DNA of 64,000 nt from an uncultured Actinomycetota bacterium (GCA_963698285.1 CAVOQF010000004.1:22876-86875), one strand, 5' to 3'. Counted from the stretch's first letter, positions 1 to 12,332 are shown. Notes: generated by a model not told the origin, from the sequence alone. Made by a program: numbers and translations.

Positions 1-329
1 GAGCCGGTGAAGCCGCGGCTGGCCGAGGTGCTCGGCCGCGTGCAGCGTGTCCGCGCCGCGCGTGCCGGTGGTCACCAACGTCGAGGCCGAGCCCAACGCG
101 CGACGCCGGCGCGCGTGGTGCCGCTGCTGCTCGCGCAGGTGACCGCGCCGGTGCGCTGGATCGAGTGCGTGCGAGGCGCTGGAGGCGCGCGGGCGTGACG
201 CGCGTGGTGGAGCTCGGGCCGGGCAAGGTGCTGTGCGGCCTGGTGAAGCGCATCACCAAGGACATCGAGACGCTCAACGTCGAGGACCCGGCGAGCCTGG
301 AGAAGGCGCTCGCGGCGCTCGGGGGCTGA
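1..329 (+). CDS. fabD: Malonyl-CoA-ACP transacylase, 3' part (frameshifted)
   Basis: Fragments 'LLAQVTAPVRWIECVR' and 'VELGPGKVLCGLVKRI'; lies directly upstream of fabG; TGA at 327-329. Confidence 0.85.
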   Translation, partial: AGEAAAGRGARPRAACPRRACRWSPTSRPSPTRDAGARGAAAARAGDRAGALDRVRARRWRRAGVTRVVELGPGKVLCGLVKRITKDIETLNVEDPASLEKALAALGG

Positions 330-333
330 GGCG

Positions 334-1099
334 ATGAGCGATGGACTTCAAGGACAAGGTGGTGCTGGTCACCGGCGGCTCGCGCGGCATCGGCCGGGCG
401 TGCGCGGTGGCGTTCGGCAAGGCGCGGCGCGCACGGTGGTCTCAGCTACGCCGGCAACGAGGCCGCGGCCGCAGGAGACGCTGAGGCTGGTCGAGGCGGC
501 GGGCGCGCAAGGCGCGAGGCGATGCAGCTTCGACGTGGCGGACACCGCGGCCTGCGCCGAGGCGGTCGACGCGATCGTCAAGGACGCACGGCCGGCTGGA
601 CGTGCTGGTCAACAACGCCGGGCGTCGCCGTCGACGGCCTGGTCGATGCGGGTGAAGGACGAGGACTGGGACAAGACGCTCGACACCAACCTCAAGGGCG
701 CCTTCGCCCTCATCCGCGCCGCCAGCGCGCCCGATGATGAAGCAGCAGGGCGGGGCCATCGTGAACCTCACCTCGGTGGTCGGCGAGATGGGCAACGCGC
801 GGCCAGGCCGCCTACGCGGCGTCGCAAGGCCGGGCTCATCGGCCTCACCAAGTCGCGTGGCCCGCGAGCTGGCCAGCCGCAACATCCGGGTGAACGCCGT
901 GTCGCCCGGGCTTCATCGACACCGACATGACCGCCGCGCCTCGCCGACGAGCTGCAAGGCGAAGATGCTCGAGGCCATTCCGCTGGCGCGGCTGGGCACC
1001 GCGGAGGAGGTCGCCAACGCGGTGCTCTTCCTCGCCAGCGACGCGGCCTCCTACATCACCGGCGAGGTCCTGAAGGTCAACGGCGGCATGTACATGTAG
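334..1099 (+). CDS. fabG: 3-oxoacyl-ACP reductase (multiple frameshifts)
   Basis: VTGGSRGIG, 'DEDWDKTLDTNLKGAF' and 'ASYITGEVLKVNGGMYM' spread over several frames. Confidence 0.9.
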
Positions 1100-1211
1100 C
1101 GCGAGCGTTGGACTCACCGCGCGCGGCCGTGGGGTATACCGCGCCGGCCTTCGACGCAGGTCCGCGAGACGCGGCCCCAGCATCGGAGCTTCTGGAGAGG
1201 ATCTGCAAATC

Positions 1212-1453
1212 ATGGCGACGAGTACATCGAGGCCAAGGTCAAGTCCATCATCGCCGACCAGCTGGGCGTCGGTGAGGACGAGATCAAGCCCGAGTCCTCC
1301 TTCATCGAGGACCTCGGCGCGGACAGCCTCGACATCGTCGAGCTGGTGATGGCGATGGAGGAGGAGTTCGAGGTCGAGATCCCCGACGAGGAGGCCGAGA
1401 AGATCAAGACCGTCGGCGACGCCATCAACTACATCAACACCCACAAGAAGTAG
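1212..1453 (+). CDS. acpP: Acyl carrier protein (one frameshift near start)
   Basis: Manual translation '[46 protein letters not shown]' carries the DSL phosphopantetheine motif. Confidence 0.95.
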
Positions 1454-1517
1454 GCCGCTGCGCCTGGCGCGAGCGCTGGGCGCCGGCAGGCGTCGGTCTC
1501 GCGCGCCTCGGAGAGAC

Positions 1518-2790
<1,273 letters not shown>

Positions 2791-2808
2791 CTCGACGGGA
2801 GGGCCCGC

Positions 2809-3272
2809 GTGAAGATCGTCATCGCCTCCGACCACGCGGGCCTCGCAGCTGCAAGCGCGGAGCTCGTGCGAGCGCTGCTCGAGCGCGGCGTGGCACGAGC
2901 TCGAGGACCTGGGCACCGTCTCGCGCGACAGTCGGTGGACTACCCGGACTTCGCCGCGCAGGTGGCCCGCGCGGTGGCGCGACGGGCGAGTACCGACTCG
3001 GGCGTGCTGGTCTGCGGCACCGGCATCGGCATGAGCATCGTCGCCAACAAGTACCGCGGCGTGCGCGCGGCGCTGTGCACCACCGAGTTCGAGGCGCGCA
3101 TGGCCCGCGCCCACAACGACGCCAACGTGCTGTGCCTGGGCGCAGCGGGTGGTGGGCGCCGGCGTCGGCCGGGCCATCGCTCGAGGCGTTCCTGGCCACC
3201 CCCTTCGAGGGCGGCCGGCACGAGAAGCGCGTCCAGAAGATCCGCGAGGCCGAGTCCGAGCGGCTACGAGGC
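2809..3272 (+). CDS. rpiB: Ribose-5-phosphate isomerase B (frameshifted; end approximate)
   Basis: 'IASDHAG', 'SVDYPDFA', '[13 protein letters not shown]', '[13 protein letters not shown]', '[10 protein letters not shown]'. Confidence 0.92.
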
Positions 3273-3312
3273 TCCGCCGAACGCTCGTCTGACCTGTCCG
3301 AGGGACTCCGCC

Positions 3313-4599
3313 ATGGAGAACGACCCGCACGTCTGGCACGAGGTCGACCCGCGAGATTGCCCAGGTCGATCCGCGCAGGAGACGCGCAGCGCCAGGAGGA
3401 GGGGCTGGAGCTGATCGCCTCGGAGAACTTCGTCAGCCCGGCGGTGCTCGAGGCGCAGGGCTCGGTGCTGACCAACAAGTACGCCGAGGGCTACCCCGGC
3501 AAGCGCTACTACGGCGGCTGCGAGTTCGTCGACGTGGCCGAGACAGCTGGCCATCGACCGCGCCAAGGAGCTCTTCGGCGCCGAGCACGCCAACGTGCAG
3601 CCGCACTCCGGCACCCAGGCCAACATGGCCGTCTACATGGCGCTGCTGAAGCCGGGCGACACCATGCTGGCGCTGGACCTGCCCCCGGCGGCCACCTGAC
3701 CCACGGCGCGCCGGTCAACTTCTCCGGCAAGCTCTACAAGGTCGTCCCCTACGGCGTGCGACCGCGACACCGAGACGCATCGACTTCGACCAGGTGCGCG
3801 GCGCTGGCGCAAGGAGCACAAGCCGCAAGCTGATCGTCGTCGGGCGCCAGCGCCTATCCGCGCATCGCTCGACTTCGCGACGTTCCGCGAGATCGCCGAC
3901 GAGGTCGGCGCCGCGCTGATGGTGGACATGGCCCACATCGCCGGCCTGGTCGCCGGCGGGCGTGCACCCCTCGCCGGTGCCGCTACGCCGACTTCGTCAC
4001 CACCACCACGCACAAGACGCTGCGCGGCCCGCGCGGCGGCCTGATCCTGTGCAAGGAGCCGTACGCCAAGGCGCTCAACAGCCAGATCTTCCCCGGCATC
4101 CAGGGCGGCCCGCTGATGCACGTCATCGCCGCCAAGGCCGTCGCGTTCCAGCGAGGCGCTGCAGCCCGGAGTTCAAGGCCTACCAGCAGCAGATCGTCGC
4201 CAACGCCAAGGCGCTGGCCGAGGCGCTGCAGGCGCGCGGGCCTGCGGCTGTGCTCCGGCGGCACCGACAACCACCTGATGCTGGTCGACCTGCGCGCCCA
4301 AGAAGCTCACCGGCAAGGTGGCCGAGGAGGCGCTCGGCAAGGCCGGCATCACCGTGAACAAGAACATGATCCCCTTCGACCCCGGAAGCCCATCGTCACC
4401 TCCGGCATCCGCATCGGCACGCCGGCGCATCACCACCCGCGGCATGAAGGAGGCGCGAGATGGCGATCGTCGGCGCAGCTCATCGGCGAGGCGCTCGACC
4501 ACGCCGGCGACGAGGCGGCGCTCGCGCGGATCCGCGGCAAGGTGCAGGAGCTGTGCGCAGCAGCTTCCCGCTCTACGCGCTCGCGGCTGAAGAGCGTAG
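3313..4599 (+). CDS. glyA: Serine hydroxymethyltransferase (multiple frameshifts)
   Basis: 'LELIASENF', '[20 protein letters not shown]', '[14 protein letters not shown]', '[18 protein letters not shown]'. Confidence 0.95.
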
Positions 4600-4609
4600 C
4601 TGCGCCCCG

Positions 4610-5110
4610 ATGCGCTGCCCCTTCTGCCAGGACGCCGAGAACAAGGTCATCGACTCGCGCGAGTCGCACGAGGGCGCGGTCATCCGCCGGCGCCGCGAGT
4701 GCCTCGACGTGCAAGCGGCGCTTCACCACCTACGAGCGGGTCGAGGAGCTCGACGCCGCTGGTCGTGAAGAAGGACGGCCGCCGCGAGGCGTTCGACCGC
4801 GAGAAGCTGCTCGCCGGGCCTGAAGAAGGCCTGCGAGAAGCGGCCGGTCTCCGTCGAGCAGCTCGAGGAGCTGGTCGCCGACGATCGAGCGGCGGCTCCA
4901 GGAGCATGGGCGAGAAGGAGGTCCCCTCGACGCATGCATCGGCGAGGAGGTGATGCGGCGGCTGCACGCGCTCGACGAGGTGGCCTACGTGCGCTTCGCG
5001 TCGGTGTACCGGAGCTTCCGCGACATCGCCGAGTTCATGAACGAGCTGAAGGAGCTGCTCGACGAGCGACGCGAGCGCCGGCGAAGCCGCCGTCGCGCAA
5101 GGGCGCCAGA
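4610..5110 (+). CDS. nrdR: Transcriptional repressor NrdR (frameshifted; end approximate)
   Basis: '[32 protein letters not shown]', ATP-cone '[15 protein letters not shown]', '[13 protein letters not shown]'. Confidence 0.92.
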
Positions 5111-5116
5111 CGAGGC

Positions 5117-6300
5117 ATGCGGCTGCTGACGCGAGCGACGTGCAGCGCGAGCAGCCCGCGCAAGCGCGCGCGCGGACTTCGACCGGGCGGTGGCCGAGTT
5201 CTTCATGCGCCTCGCGCTCGACGAGGCCGCGCAAGGGGCTCGGCCGCACCAGCCCCAACCCCGCGGTGGGCGCGGTGCTGGTGAAGGGCGGGCAGGATCA
5301 TCGCCCGCGGCTACCACGCGAAGGCCGGGCACCGCCGCACGCCGAGGTGGTGGCGCTGCGAGGCGGCGGGCGCGCAGGGCGCGGGGCGCGGACCTCTACA
5401 CCACGCTCGAGCCGTGCGACCACTACGGGCGGACGCCGCCGTGCAGCGCAGGCGATCCTCGACGCCGGGCGTCGCGCGGGTCGTCTGCGCGTCCGTCGGA
5501 TCCCAACCCGCTGGTGAACGGCAAGGGCATGACGCGGCTGCGGCGCGGCGGGCGTCGAGGTGCGTCACCGGCGTGCTGCGCGACGAGGCCGACGCGCTGA
5601 ACCGGCCCTTCTTCAAGGCCATCCGCACCGGGCTGCCCTGCGTGACGCTGAAGGCGGCGGTCACGCTCGACGGGAAGCTCGCCACCGCCACCGGCGACTC
5701 GCGCTGGGTGACCGGCGAGGAGGCGCGCGCGCGGGTGCACCGGCTGCGCGACCAGGTGGACGCGATGCTCGTCGGCGCCAACACGGTGCGGCAGGACGAC
5801 CCGCAGCTCACCACCCGGCTGCCGGGCGGCGGCGGGCAGGGACCCGGTGCGGGTGGTGGTGGACTCGCAGCTGCGCCTCTCGCCCGAAGCGACAAGGTCT
5901 TCACCCAGCGCTCCGCCGCGCGCACGGTGGTGGCCACCCTCGAGGACCCGCGACGGCCGCAAGGCCACGCGCGCTTCGCGCGACCAGGGCGTGGAGGTCT
6001 GGAAGGTGCGCGCGCGAAGAGCGGGCCGGGTGGACCTCAAGGCGCTGCTCAAGCGGCTCGCCGAAGGAGGGCCTCAACCACGTGCTGGTCGAGGGCGGGG
6101 CGGAGCTGCTACGGCACGTTCCTCCGCGAGCGGCTGGCCGACGAGCTGCGCCCTGTTCGTCGCGCCCAAGCTGGTCGGCAGCCAGGGCCTGTCCTGGGCG
6201 GGCGACCTGGGCGTCAAGGAGATGGCGCAGGCGCTCGCGGTGAAGGACCTGAGCTTCGAACGGGTACGGCGAGGACCTGCTCCTCCAGGCGAAGTTCTGA
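5117..6300 (+). CDS. ribD: Riboflavin biosynthesis deaminase/reductase (multiple frameshifts)
   Basis: '[12 protein letters not shown]', 'HAE', '[14 protein letters not shown]', '[18 protein letters not shown]', 'VLVEGGA'. Confidence 0.92.
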
Positions 6301-6373
6301 GCCGGTACTCCGGCCCGCCGCAAGCAACCCCGGAGCGATCTCCGCCGAGGAATAGGGTCACAAGGAGTTATTC

Positions 6374-6960
6374 GTGGACCGTCACCATCCGCGACCCGGG
6401 CTCTCCGCGAGGTACCTTTCGACTCCTTCGAACGGGATGCTCCAGCGAGGGAGCAGTGGCCCGGAGGTGCTGAAGTTGCAGAAGGCCCTCGCCGCGGCGG
6501 GCTTCGACCCGAAAGGGTTGGACGGGAAGTTCGGCCCGATGACCGAGGCCGCGCTGAAGGCGTTCCAGAAGGCGGCGCAAGATTGTCGAGGATCGAGGAA
6601 TGGGAAGGCGGGTCCCCAGACGTGGGCCGCACTCAACAAGTGGGGCACGACGGCTCCGCCGGCACCCACCGCGCCGACGACGCCGACAGCCCCCGCTCCC
6701 AGCGGCACGGGCATTCCGCGGATGCTCGGACCGGGCGAAGTCGATCGATTGGCTCGAAGTACGCGGCAGCTGAATCCGTTCCGCTTCGGTGGGAGGTGCT
6801 GTGGGGACGGGAAGCAGCCGCACACGAGCGTCCTAATGGCTCCGGCACGGTGTATCAGTACCCCCAGGGCACGCGCGTCTTCTGGGACTGCTCCCGGTTT
6901 TGTGCGTCACGCGCGTTTCAAGCAGCTCCGGGCGTGGACCTGGCCGCCCGGGGCATCACG
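6374..6960 (+). CDS. Peptidoglycan-binding domain + Pro/Thr linker + probable NlpC/P60 hydrolase, truncated at junction
   Basis: '[38 protein letters not shown]' (PG_binding_1 type); '[14 protein letters not shown]' linker; 'NPFRFGG' and 'WDCS' fragments in shifted frames. Confidence 0.65.
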
Positions 6961-6961
6961 A

Positions 6962-7615
6962 CGAGGCTTCGGCGAGGTCGGCGTCGACGGCCACGACGTG
7001 CGCGCCGGCGCCGCGGTGCCCGACGTCAAGGTCGCGCGCGCGGCGCAGGAAGCCGGCATCGCCGGACTGTCGTTCCTGCGCGGCATTCCCGGCGCCATCG
7101 GCGGTGCGCTGCGCATGAACGGCGGCGCCTACGGACGCGAGACCAAGGACGCCTTGATCGAAGCGCGTGCGGTCGACCGCGCCGGCCGCGTCCACGTGCT
7201 CGGCAACGCCGACCTCGGCTTCACGTACCGGCATTGCAGTGCGCCCGACGATTACATCTTCACGCAGGCCACGTTCGGCGGCGCGCGCGGCGACCCGACC
7301 GTCATCGCGGCGGAGATGGAGAAGATCACCGAGTCGCGCGAGGCGACGCAGCCGATCAAGAGCCGCACCGGCGGCTCGACCTTCAAGAACCCGCCCAGCG
7401 CCAAGGCCTGGCAGCTCATCGACGCCGCCGGCTGCCGCGGCCTGCGCCTCGGCGACGCGCAGGTGTCGGAGATGCACTGCAATTTTTTGATCAACCTCGG
7501 CAGCGCGACCGCCGCCGACATCGAGACCTTGGGCGAGCGCGTGCGCGCGCGCGTAAAGGAAAACGCGGGCGTCGAGCTCGAGTGGGAGATCAAACGGATC
7601 GGCTTGGCGAAGTAG
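6962..7615 (+). CDS. murB: UDP-N-acetylenolpyruvoylglucosamine reductase, 5'-truncated (alphaproteobacterial type)
   Basis: '[18 protein letters not shown]', '[15 protein letters not shown]', '[11 protein letters not shown]', 'LEWEIKRIG'; N-terminal part of the FAD domain is absent. Confidence 0.92.
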   Translation, partial: RGFGEVGVDGHDVRAGAAVPDVKVARAAQEAGIAGLSFLRGIPGAIGGALRMNGGAYGRETKDALIEARAVDRAGRVHVLGNADLGFTYRHCSAPDDYIFTQATFGGARGDPTVIAAEMEKITESREATQPIKSRTGGSTFKNPPSAKAWQLIDAAGCRGLRLGDAQVSEMHCNFLINLGSATAADIETLGERVRARVKENAGVELEWEIKRIGLAK

Positions 7616-7686
7616 CCGCTGGAAAATCTTCCGGCGGCGACTTTCACTGTTCGGTCGCGGCAGAGCTGAATCGTCCAAGCCGCACG

Positions 7687-8710
7687 TCAGCGCCAGCCAA
7701 GGCCGGGCGCGACATGCTTGAGGATCGCCTCGATGACGTGGGCGTTGTAGTCGACACCGAGCTGATTGGGGACGGTCAGCAGCAGCGTGTCGGCCTCGGC
7801 GATGGCTTCGTCTTTCGCGAGCTGCTCGACGAGGACGTCCGGCTCGGCGGCGTAGCTGCGGCCGAAGATGGCGCGGGTGTTGTCGCCGAGGAAGCCGATC
7901 TGGTCCTCGTTCTCGTTGCCGCGCCCGAAATAGGCGCGGTCGCGGTCGTCCACCAGCGCGAAGATGCTGCGGCTGACCGACACCCGCGGCTCGCGCGCGT
8001 GACCGGCCGCCTTCCACGCCTCGCGGAAGATCCGGATCTGCTCCGCCTGCTGGACGTGGAACGGACGTCCGCTCTCGTCGTTCTTGAGCGTCGAGCTCTG
8101 CAGGTTCATCCCGAGCTTGGCCGCCCAGTCCGCGGTGGCGTTCGAGCCGGCGCCCCACCAGATCCGCTCGCGCAGGCCCTCCGAGTAGCGGCTCGACGCG
8201 CAGCAGGCCGGGCGGGTTCGGGAACATCGGCCGCGGGTTGGGGCGCGCGAAGCCCTCGCCGCGCAGCACCTCGAGCAAGACCTCGGTGTGGCGCCGGGCC
8301 ATGTCGGCATCGGTCATCCCCTCGGGCGGGGCGTAACCGAAGTAGCGCCATCCGTCGATCACCTGCTCGGGCGAACCGCGGCTGATGCCGAGCTGCAGGC
8401 GTCCGCCGGCGATGAGGTCGGCCGCGCCGGCGTCCTCCGCCATGTACAGCGGGTTCTCGTAGCGCATGTCGATGACCGCGGTGCCGATCTCGATCCGCTT
8501 GGTCTTCGCGCCGACGGCGGCCAGCAGCGGAAAGGGCGAGCCGAGCTGGCGGGCGAAGTGATGCACGCGGAAGTAAGCCCCGTCCGCGCCGAGCTCCTCG
8601 GCCGCGACGGCCAGGTCGATCGATTGCAGCAGCGCGTCGGACGCCGATCGCGTCTGCGACTGCGGCGAAGGCGTCCAATGGCCGAATGACAGGAAGCCGA
8701 TCTTTTTCAT
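7687..8710 (-). CDS. LLM-class (luciferase-like) flavin-dependent oxidoreductase (one frameshift ~8190)
   Basis: 'MKKIGFLSFGHW..DGAYFRVHHFARQLGSPFP..' continues in ORF 7687..8310 'RIWWGAGS..TVPNQLGVDYNAHVIE'. Confidence 0.9.
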
Positions 8711-8825
8711 GGACGTGCGTTGTGAGGGATGAGTTCTGGCTGTTTAGCCTCAAAAATCTAAGCTTGAACAGGCCATGCTCGCGAGGCGCCGCTGCGACAA
8801 CGCGCTCGGTCTGACGGCGCCGCTG

Positions 8826-9211
8826 TCCGCGTCGCAGCACACCACATGGTCACCGGGCATCCCGATGACGCGCTTGACATAGGTGGTGTCGCTGCCGGTC
8901 AGGCCCAGCCAGTGGCCGGCGCTGGCGAGGATGTCCCCGGCCGGGCCCCTGCCGCTGGCCAGCGGAGCGAAGGAGCCGCGGCCGTCGAAGACTACGACGT
9001 CGCCGCGGCGGACCGGTTCAGCCGCGAAGTCGGTGCGGGAGACCACGATCCTGTCCCCGTCGCGGAGCAGCGGCTCCATCGACGCCGACGGGATGAAATA
9101 GACGTCCAGCCAGAGCGAGCGGACCAGGCCGCTGATGGCCACAGCCAGGACCAGGCCGACAAACGCGAAACGCCAGCCCAGTTTCCTGGGCCGGCGTTTT
9201 GTCTGTTCCAT
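8826..9211 (-). CDS. lepB: Signal peptidase I, 3'-truncated at junction
   Basis: N-terminal TM, 'IPSASMEP' catalytic Ser, 'YVKRVIGMPGDHVVCCD'; homology stops at ~8826; follows rplS. Confidence 0.88.
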
Positions 9212-9255
9212 GATCCGTGTCCTCTAACGCTTTTCTTAGTTGAACGGCGCAGTGG

Positions 9256-9288
9256 CGGATGGTCCGGGCAAGCGCCCGGACCATCCGT
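9256..9288 (-). terminator. GC-rich hairpin downstream of rplS
   Basis: cggatggtccgggc-aagc-gcccggaccatccg perfect inverted repeat. Confidence 0.6.
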
Positions 9289-9313
9289 GGATCCGCTGGG
9301 AAGTCCGGAGGAC

Positions 9314-9673
9314 TTACTTGGCGGTCTGGAAGTCGCGCTTTTCCTTGATCTTCGCAGCCTTACCGCGCAGTGCACGCATGTAGTAAAGCTTGGCGCGGCG
9401 CACGTCACCCTTGGAGACGAGCTCGATCTTGTCGATGATCGGGGAGTGCACCGGGAAGGTACGCTCCACGCCGACGCCGAAGGAGACCTTGCGGACGGTG
9501 AAGGTTTCGCGGACGCCGTCGCCCTGGCGGCCCAGGACGAAGCCCTGGAAGACCTGGACACGGGAGTTCTTGCCTTCGATGATGTTCACGTGCACCTTGA
9601 TGGTGTCACCCGCGCGGAACTCGGGAACATCGCTGCGCAGCGAGGCTGCGTCTACGGAATCGAGGATATGCAT
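9314..9673 (-). CDS. rplS: 50S ribosomal protein L19
   Basis: '[33 protein letters not shown]'; AGGAG SD upstream of ATG at 9673. Confidence 0.98.
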   Translation of the reverse strand: MHILDSVDAASLRSDVPEFRAGDTIKVHVNIIEGKNSRVQVFQGFVLGRQGDGVRETFTVRKVSFGVGVERTFPVHSPIIDKIELVSKGDVRRAKLYYMRALRGKAAKIKEKRDFQTAK

Positions 9674-9920
9674 TGATCCACTCCTGGTGAACGCCACAGG
9701 TCATTCACGTTGGGTCACGGCGGCCAAGCCCGGGCGCTTCACGCACCGGAAATTCCCGCCGAAAGTTTTGTCGTTCCGGCTCCGTCAGGAATTGACGGCG
9801 CCGGGGTGCCGCGCTGTTGGTGACGCTCCCCCTGTGGCAGGTTCGCACCCAGCAGGCACAAGGACTAATTTTGCCACATTCAGCCGCTTTTTGGTGAATT
9901 GGCTTGCCGGACTATCCGGC

Positions 9921-10730
9921 TCAGGCGTCGGGGCGGCGCCGGAGCCGGCCGTCGACGACGTCGTAGCCCAACTCCCCGAATGCGGTGCGGTCCGCGCGGG
10001 GCAGAGCGCCGGCGTCGAACGCGTCGAGCAGGTCCGGGCGGCGTTCGGCGGTGCGACGGTACTGTTCGTGCCGGCGCCACTGCGCGATCTTGCCGTGGTT
10101 GCCGCTCAGCAGCACGGCCGGGACCTCCCGGTCCCGCCAGCTGGAGGGTTTGGTGTACACCGGGTATTCGAGCAGGCCGTCGGAGTGCGATTCTTCCACG
10201 AGCGATTCCGGATTGCCGACGACGCCGGGCAGCAGCCGCCCGACCGCCTCGACCATGGCCAGCACGGCCACCTCGCCGCCGTTGAGCACGTAGTCGCCGA
10301 GGCTCATCGGCCGGACGGTGAAATGCTCCGCGGCCCACTCCAGCACGCGTTCGTCGATGCCCTCGTAGCGTCCGCAGGCAAAAACGAGCTGGTCCTCGTC
10401 GGCGAGCTCGTGGGCGATCGCCTGGCTGAAGCGCTCCCCCGCCGGGGACGGCACGATCAGCACGGGCTTGCGGGCCTCTTCCGCGGCGGCCGCCGTCGGC
10501 CCGGCCTCGGCAACGGCGGTCAGGGCCTGGGCCCAGGGTTCCGGTTTCATCACCATGCCGGCGCCGCCGCCGTACGGGGTGTCGTCCACCGTGCGGTGCC
10601 GGTCCGTGGTGAAGTCCCGGAGGTCGTGGACGTTGAGTTCCAGCAGACCGTCCTGGCGCGCCTTCCCGATCAGGGACAGCTCCAGCGGTGCCAGGTACTC
10701 GGGGAAGATGCTGACGACGTCGATCCGCAT
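9921..10730 (-). CDS. trmD: tRNA (guanine37-N1)-methyltransferase
   Basis: '[14 protein letters not shown]', '[10 protein letters not shown]', '[11 protein letters not shown]'. Confidence 0.98.
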   Translation of the reverse strand: MRIDVVSIFPEYLAPLELSLIGKARQDGLLELNVHDLRDFTTDRHRTVDDTPYGGGAGMVMKPEPWAQALTAVAEAGPTAAAAEEARKPVLIVPSPAGERFSQAIAHELADEDQLVFACGRYEGIDERVLEWAAEHFTVRPMSLGDYVLNGGEVAVLAMVEAVGRLLPGVVGNPESLVEESHSDGLLEYPVYTKPSSWRDREVPAVLLSGNHGKIAQWRRHEQYRRTAERRPDLLDAFDAGALPRADRTAFGELGYDVVDGRLRRRPDA

Positions 10731-10731
10731 C

Positions 10732-11310
10732 TCAGGCGCGGTCCCCGTCGGCCCGGTGTTCAGCGTCGTCGGCGTCGCCGTCGTCGGGGGTTGCCCCGGC
10801 GTCGGTGTTGACCTCGAAGAGGCCGGCAGGCGGGGTGACCAGGACGTACTTTTCGGCGACGTTGACCTCGGGGACGATCTGCTCCACGAACGGGACCAGG
10901 ATCTCCTGGCCGCCCTGGTCGGTCACCACCAGCAGGTCCTGGACGGGCATGGTGTGCAGCCCGGAGACCTTGCCGACCACCGTGTCGCCGACCCGGACGT
11001 CCAGGCCCACGAGCTCGTGCTCGTACCAGCCCTCGTCGTCGTCCTCGTCCAGTTCCTCGGTCTCGATGAAGAGCTTCGCGCCGCGGAGTGCCTCCGCGTC
11101 GTTGCGGGTCTCCACCTCTTCGAAGGCCAGCAGCAGGATGTCCTTGTTCCAGCGGGCGCTCTCCACGGTCAGCGGCCCGGCCGAGGCCGGCTCCACCACG
11201 AACTGCGTGCCGGGAACGAAGCGGTCACCGGGCGCATCCGTGAGCACCTGCACGGTCACTTCGCCGCGGATGCCGTGGGGCTTGCCGATTCGTGCCACCT
11301 GAAGCTGCAT
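10732..11310 (-). CDS. rimM: Ribosome maturation factor RimM
   Basis: '[14 protein letters not shown]', 'WYEHELVGL', '[12 protein letters not shown]'; operon position. Confidence 0.97.
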   Translation of the reverse strand: MQLQVARIGKPHGIRGEVTVQVLTDAPGDRFVPGTQFVVEPASAGPLTVESARWNKDILLLAFEEVETRNDAEALRGAKLFIETEELDEDDDEGWYEHELVGLDVRVGDTVVGKVSGLHTMPVQDLLVVTDQGGQEILVPFVEQIVPEVNVAEKYVLVTPPAGLFEVNTDAGATPDDGDADDAEHRADGDRA

Positions 11311-11372
11311 CTGTTCCTCTGTTCGGGTTCTCTTGAAGTCTGGGATGTGTTGGTGCGTTTACTGCGCAAAAC

Positions 11373-11413
11373 AGTCCGGCCCCTCCACCATAAGCTGGTG
11401 AAGGGGCCGGACT
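11373..11413 (-). terminator. Hairpin between khpA and rimM
   Basis: agtccggcccct..agggg ccggact inverted repeat followed on the minus strand by gtttt. Confidence 0.6.
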
Positions 11414-11436
11414 AAAGACAAGTACTGCTGGTCGCG

Positions 11437-11679
11437 CTACCGGCGGCGGTCGGTGTCGACGACGTCGACCCTGACCGGCTCGCCGTCGGCCAGTGCCGCC
11501 ACCACGGTGCGCAGTGCGCGTGCGGTGCGGCCCTGGCGTCCGATCACCCGTCCGAGGTCGTCCTGATGAACGCGCACTTCGAGGGTGTCCCCGCGGCGGT
11601 TGTTCTTCGCACTGACCTTGACGTCCTCGGGGCTGTCAACAATCCCGCGGACCAGGTGTTCGAGCGCTTCTGCCAGCAA
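11437..11679 (-). CDS. khpA: KH-domain RNA-binding protein
   Basis: 80 aa, 'DLGRVIGRQGRTARALR' GxxG motif, between rpsP and rimM. Confidence 0.93.
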   Translation of the reverse strand: MLAEALEHLVRGIVDSPEDVKVSAKNNRRGDTLEVRVHQDDLGRVIGRQGRTARALRTVVAALADGEPVRVDVVDTDRRR

Positions 11680-11680
11680 T

Positions 11681-12103
11681 TTACTCAGCCTCGGTGGTCT
11701 CTGCTTCGGCGTCGGCGGGGGCCTCGGCTGCGTCGTCCTTCTTGGCCTTCTTGGTGATGGCTTCCGGGATGATCACGGAACCCTTTTCCGGGGTGACGAA
11801 GGCTTCCTTGGGAGCCTTGGTCTTCAAGGTGCCCTCCTGGCCCGGGAGACCCTTGAACTTCTGCCAGTCACCGGTGATCTTCAGGATCGCGGCAACCTGC
11901 TCGGACGGCTGTGCGCCGACGCCGAGCCAGTACTGGGCACGGTCCGTGTCGACCTCGATGTACGAGGGCTCCTCGGTCGGGTGGTACTTGCCGATCTCTT
12001 CGATGGCACGGCCGTCACGCTTGGAGCGTGCGTCCATGACGACGATGCGGTAGTACGGTGCGCGCATCTTGCCGAAGCGCTTAAGGCGAATCTTTACGGC
12101 CAC
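11681..12103 (-). CDS. rpsP: 30S ribosomal protein S16
   Basis: GTG start '[36 protein letters not shown]'. Confidence 0.98.
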   Translation of the reverse strand: MAVKIRLKRFGKMRAPYYRIVVMDARSKRDGRAIEEIGKYHPTEEPSYIEVDTDRAQYWLGVGAQPSEQVAAILKITGDWQKFKGLPGQEGTLKTKAPKEAFVTPEKGSVIIPEAITKKAKKDDAAEAPADAEAETTEAE

Positions 12104-12332
12104 TTTTGTGGTCACTCCTGTTTCTGAAACGGGGTCGAGCCCGGCGTTCTGCACCCGTGGGGCGGGCCGTACTAGGGGGTTCTAAAGGACAGGATCCGGA
12201 CGCGGAGAGAGGGGCCGCGCAGATCGAGTACCTGTTTATTGTGCCAGATCACCGCGCGGATTTCGACTTGACACCCGCGGCCGGTGTGTTCAGGCAGAAT
12301 TCGGACTCTACGTCAGGAGGTCCAGACGGGCG

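Noticed and set aside
6374-7615. 413-aa PG-binding/MurB fusion ORF
   Set aside because: It spans the chimeric junction at ~6962 and MurB lacks its N-terminus
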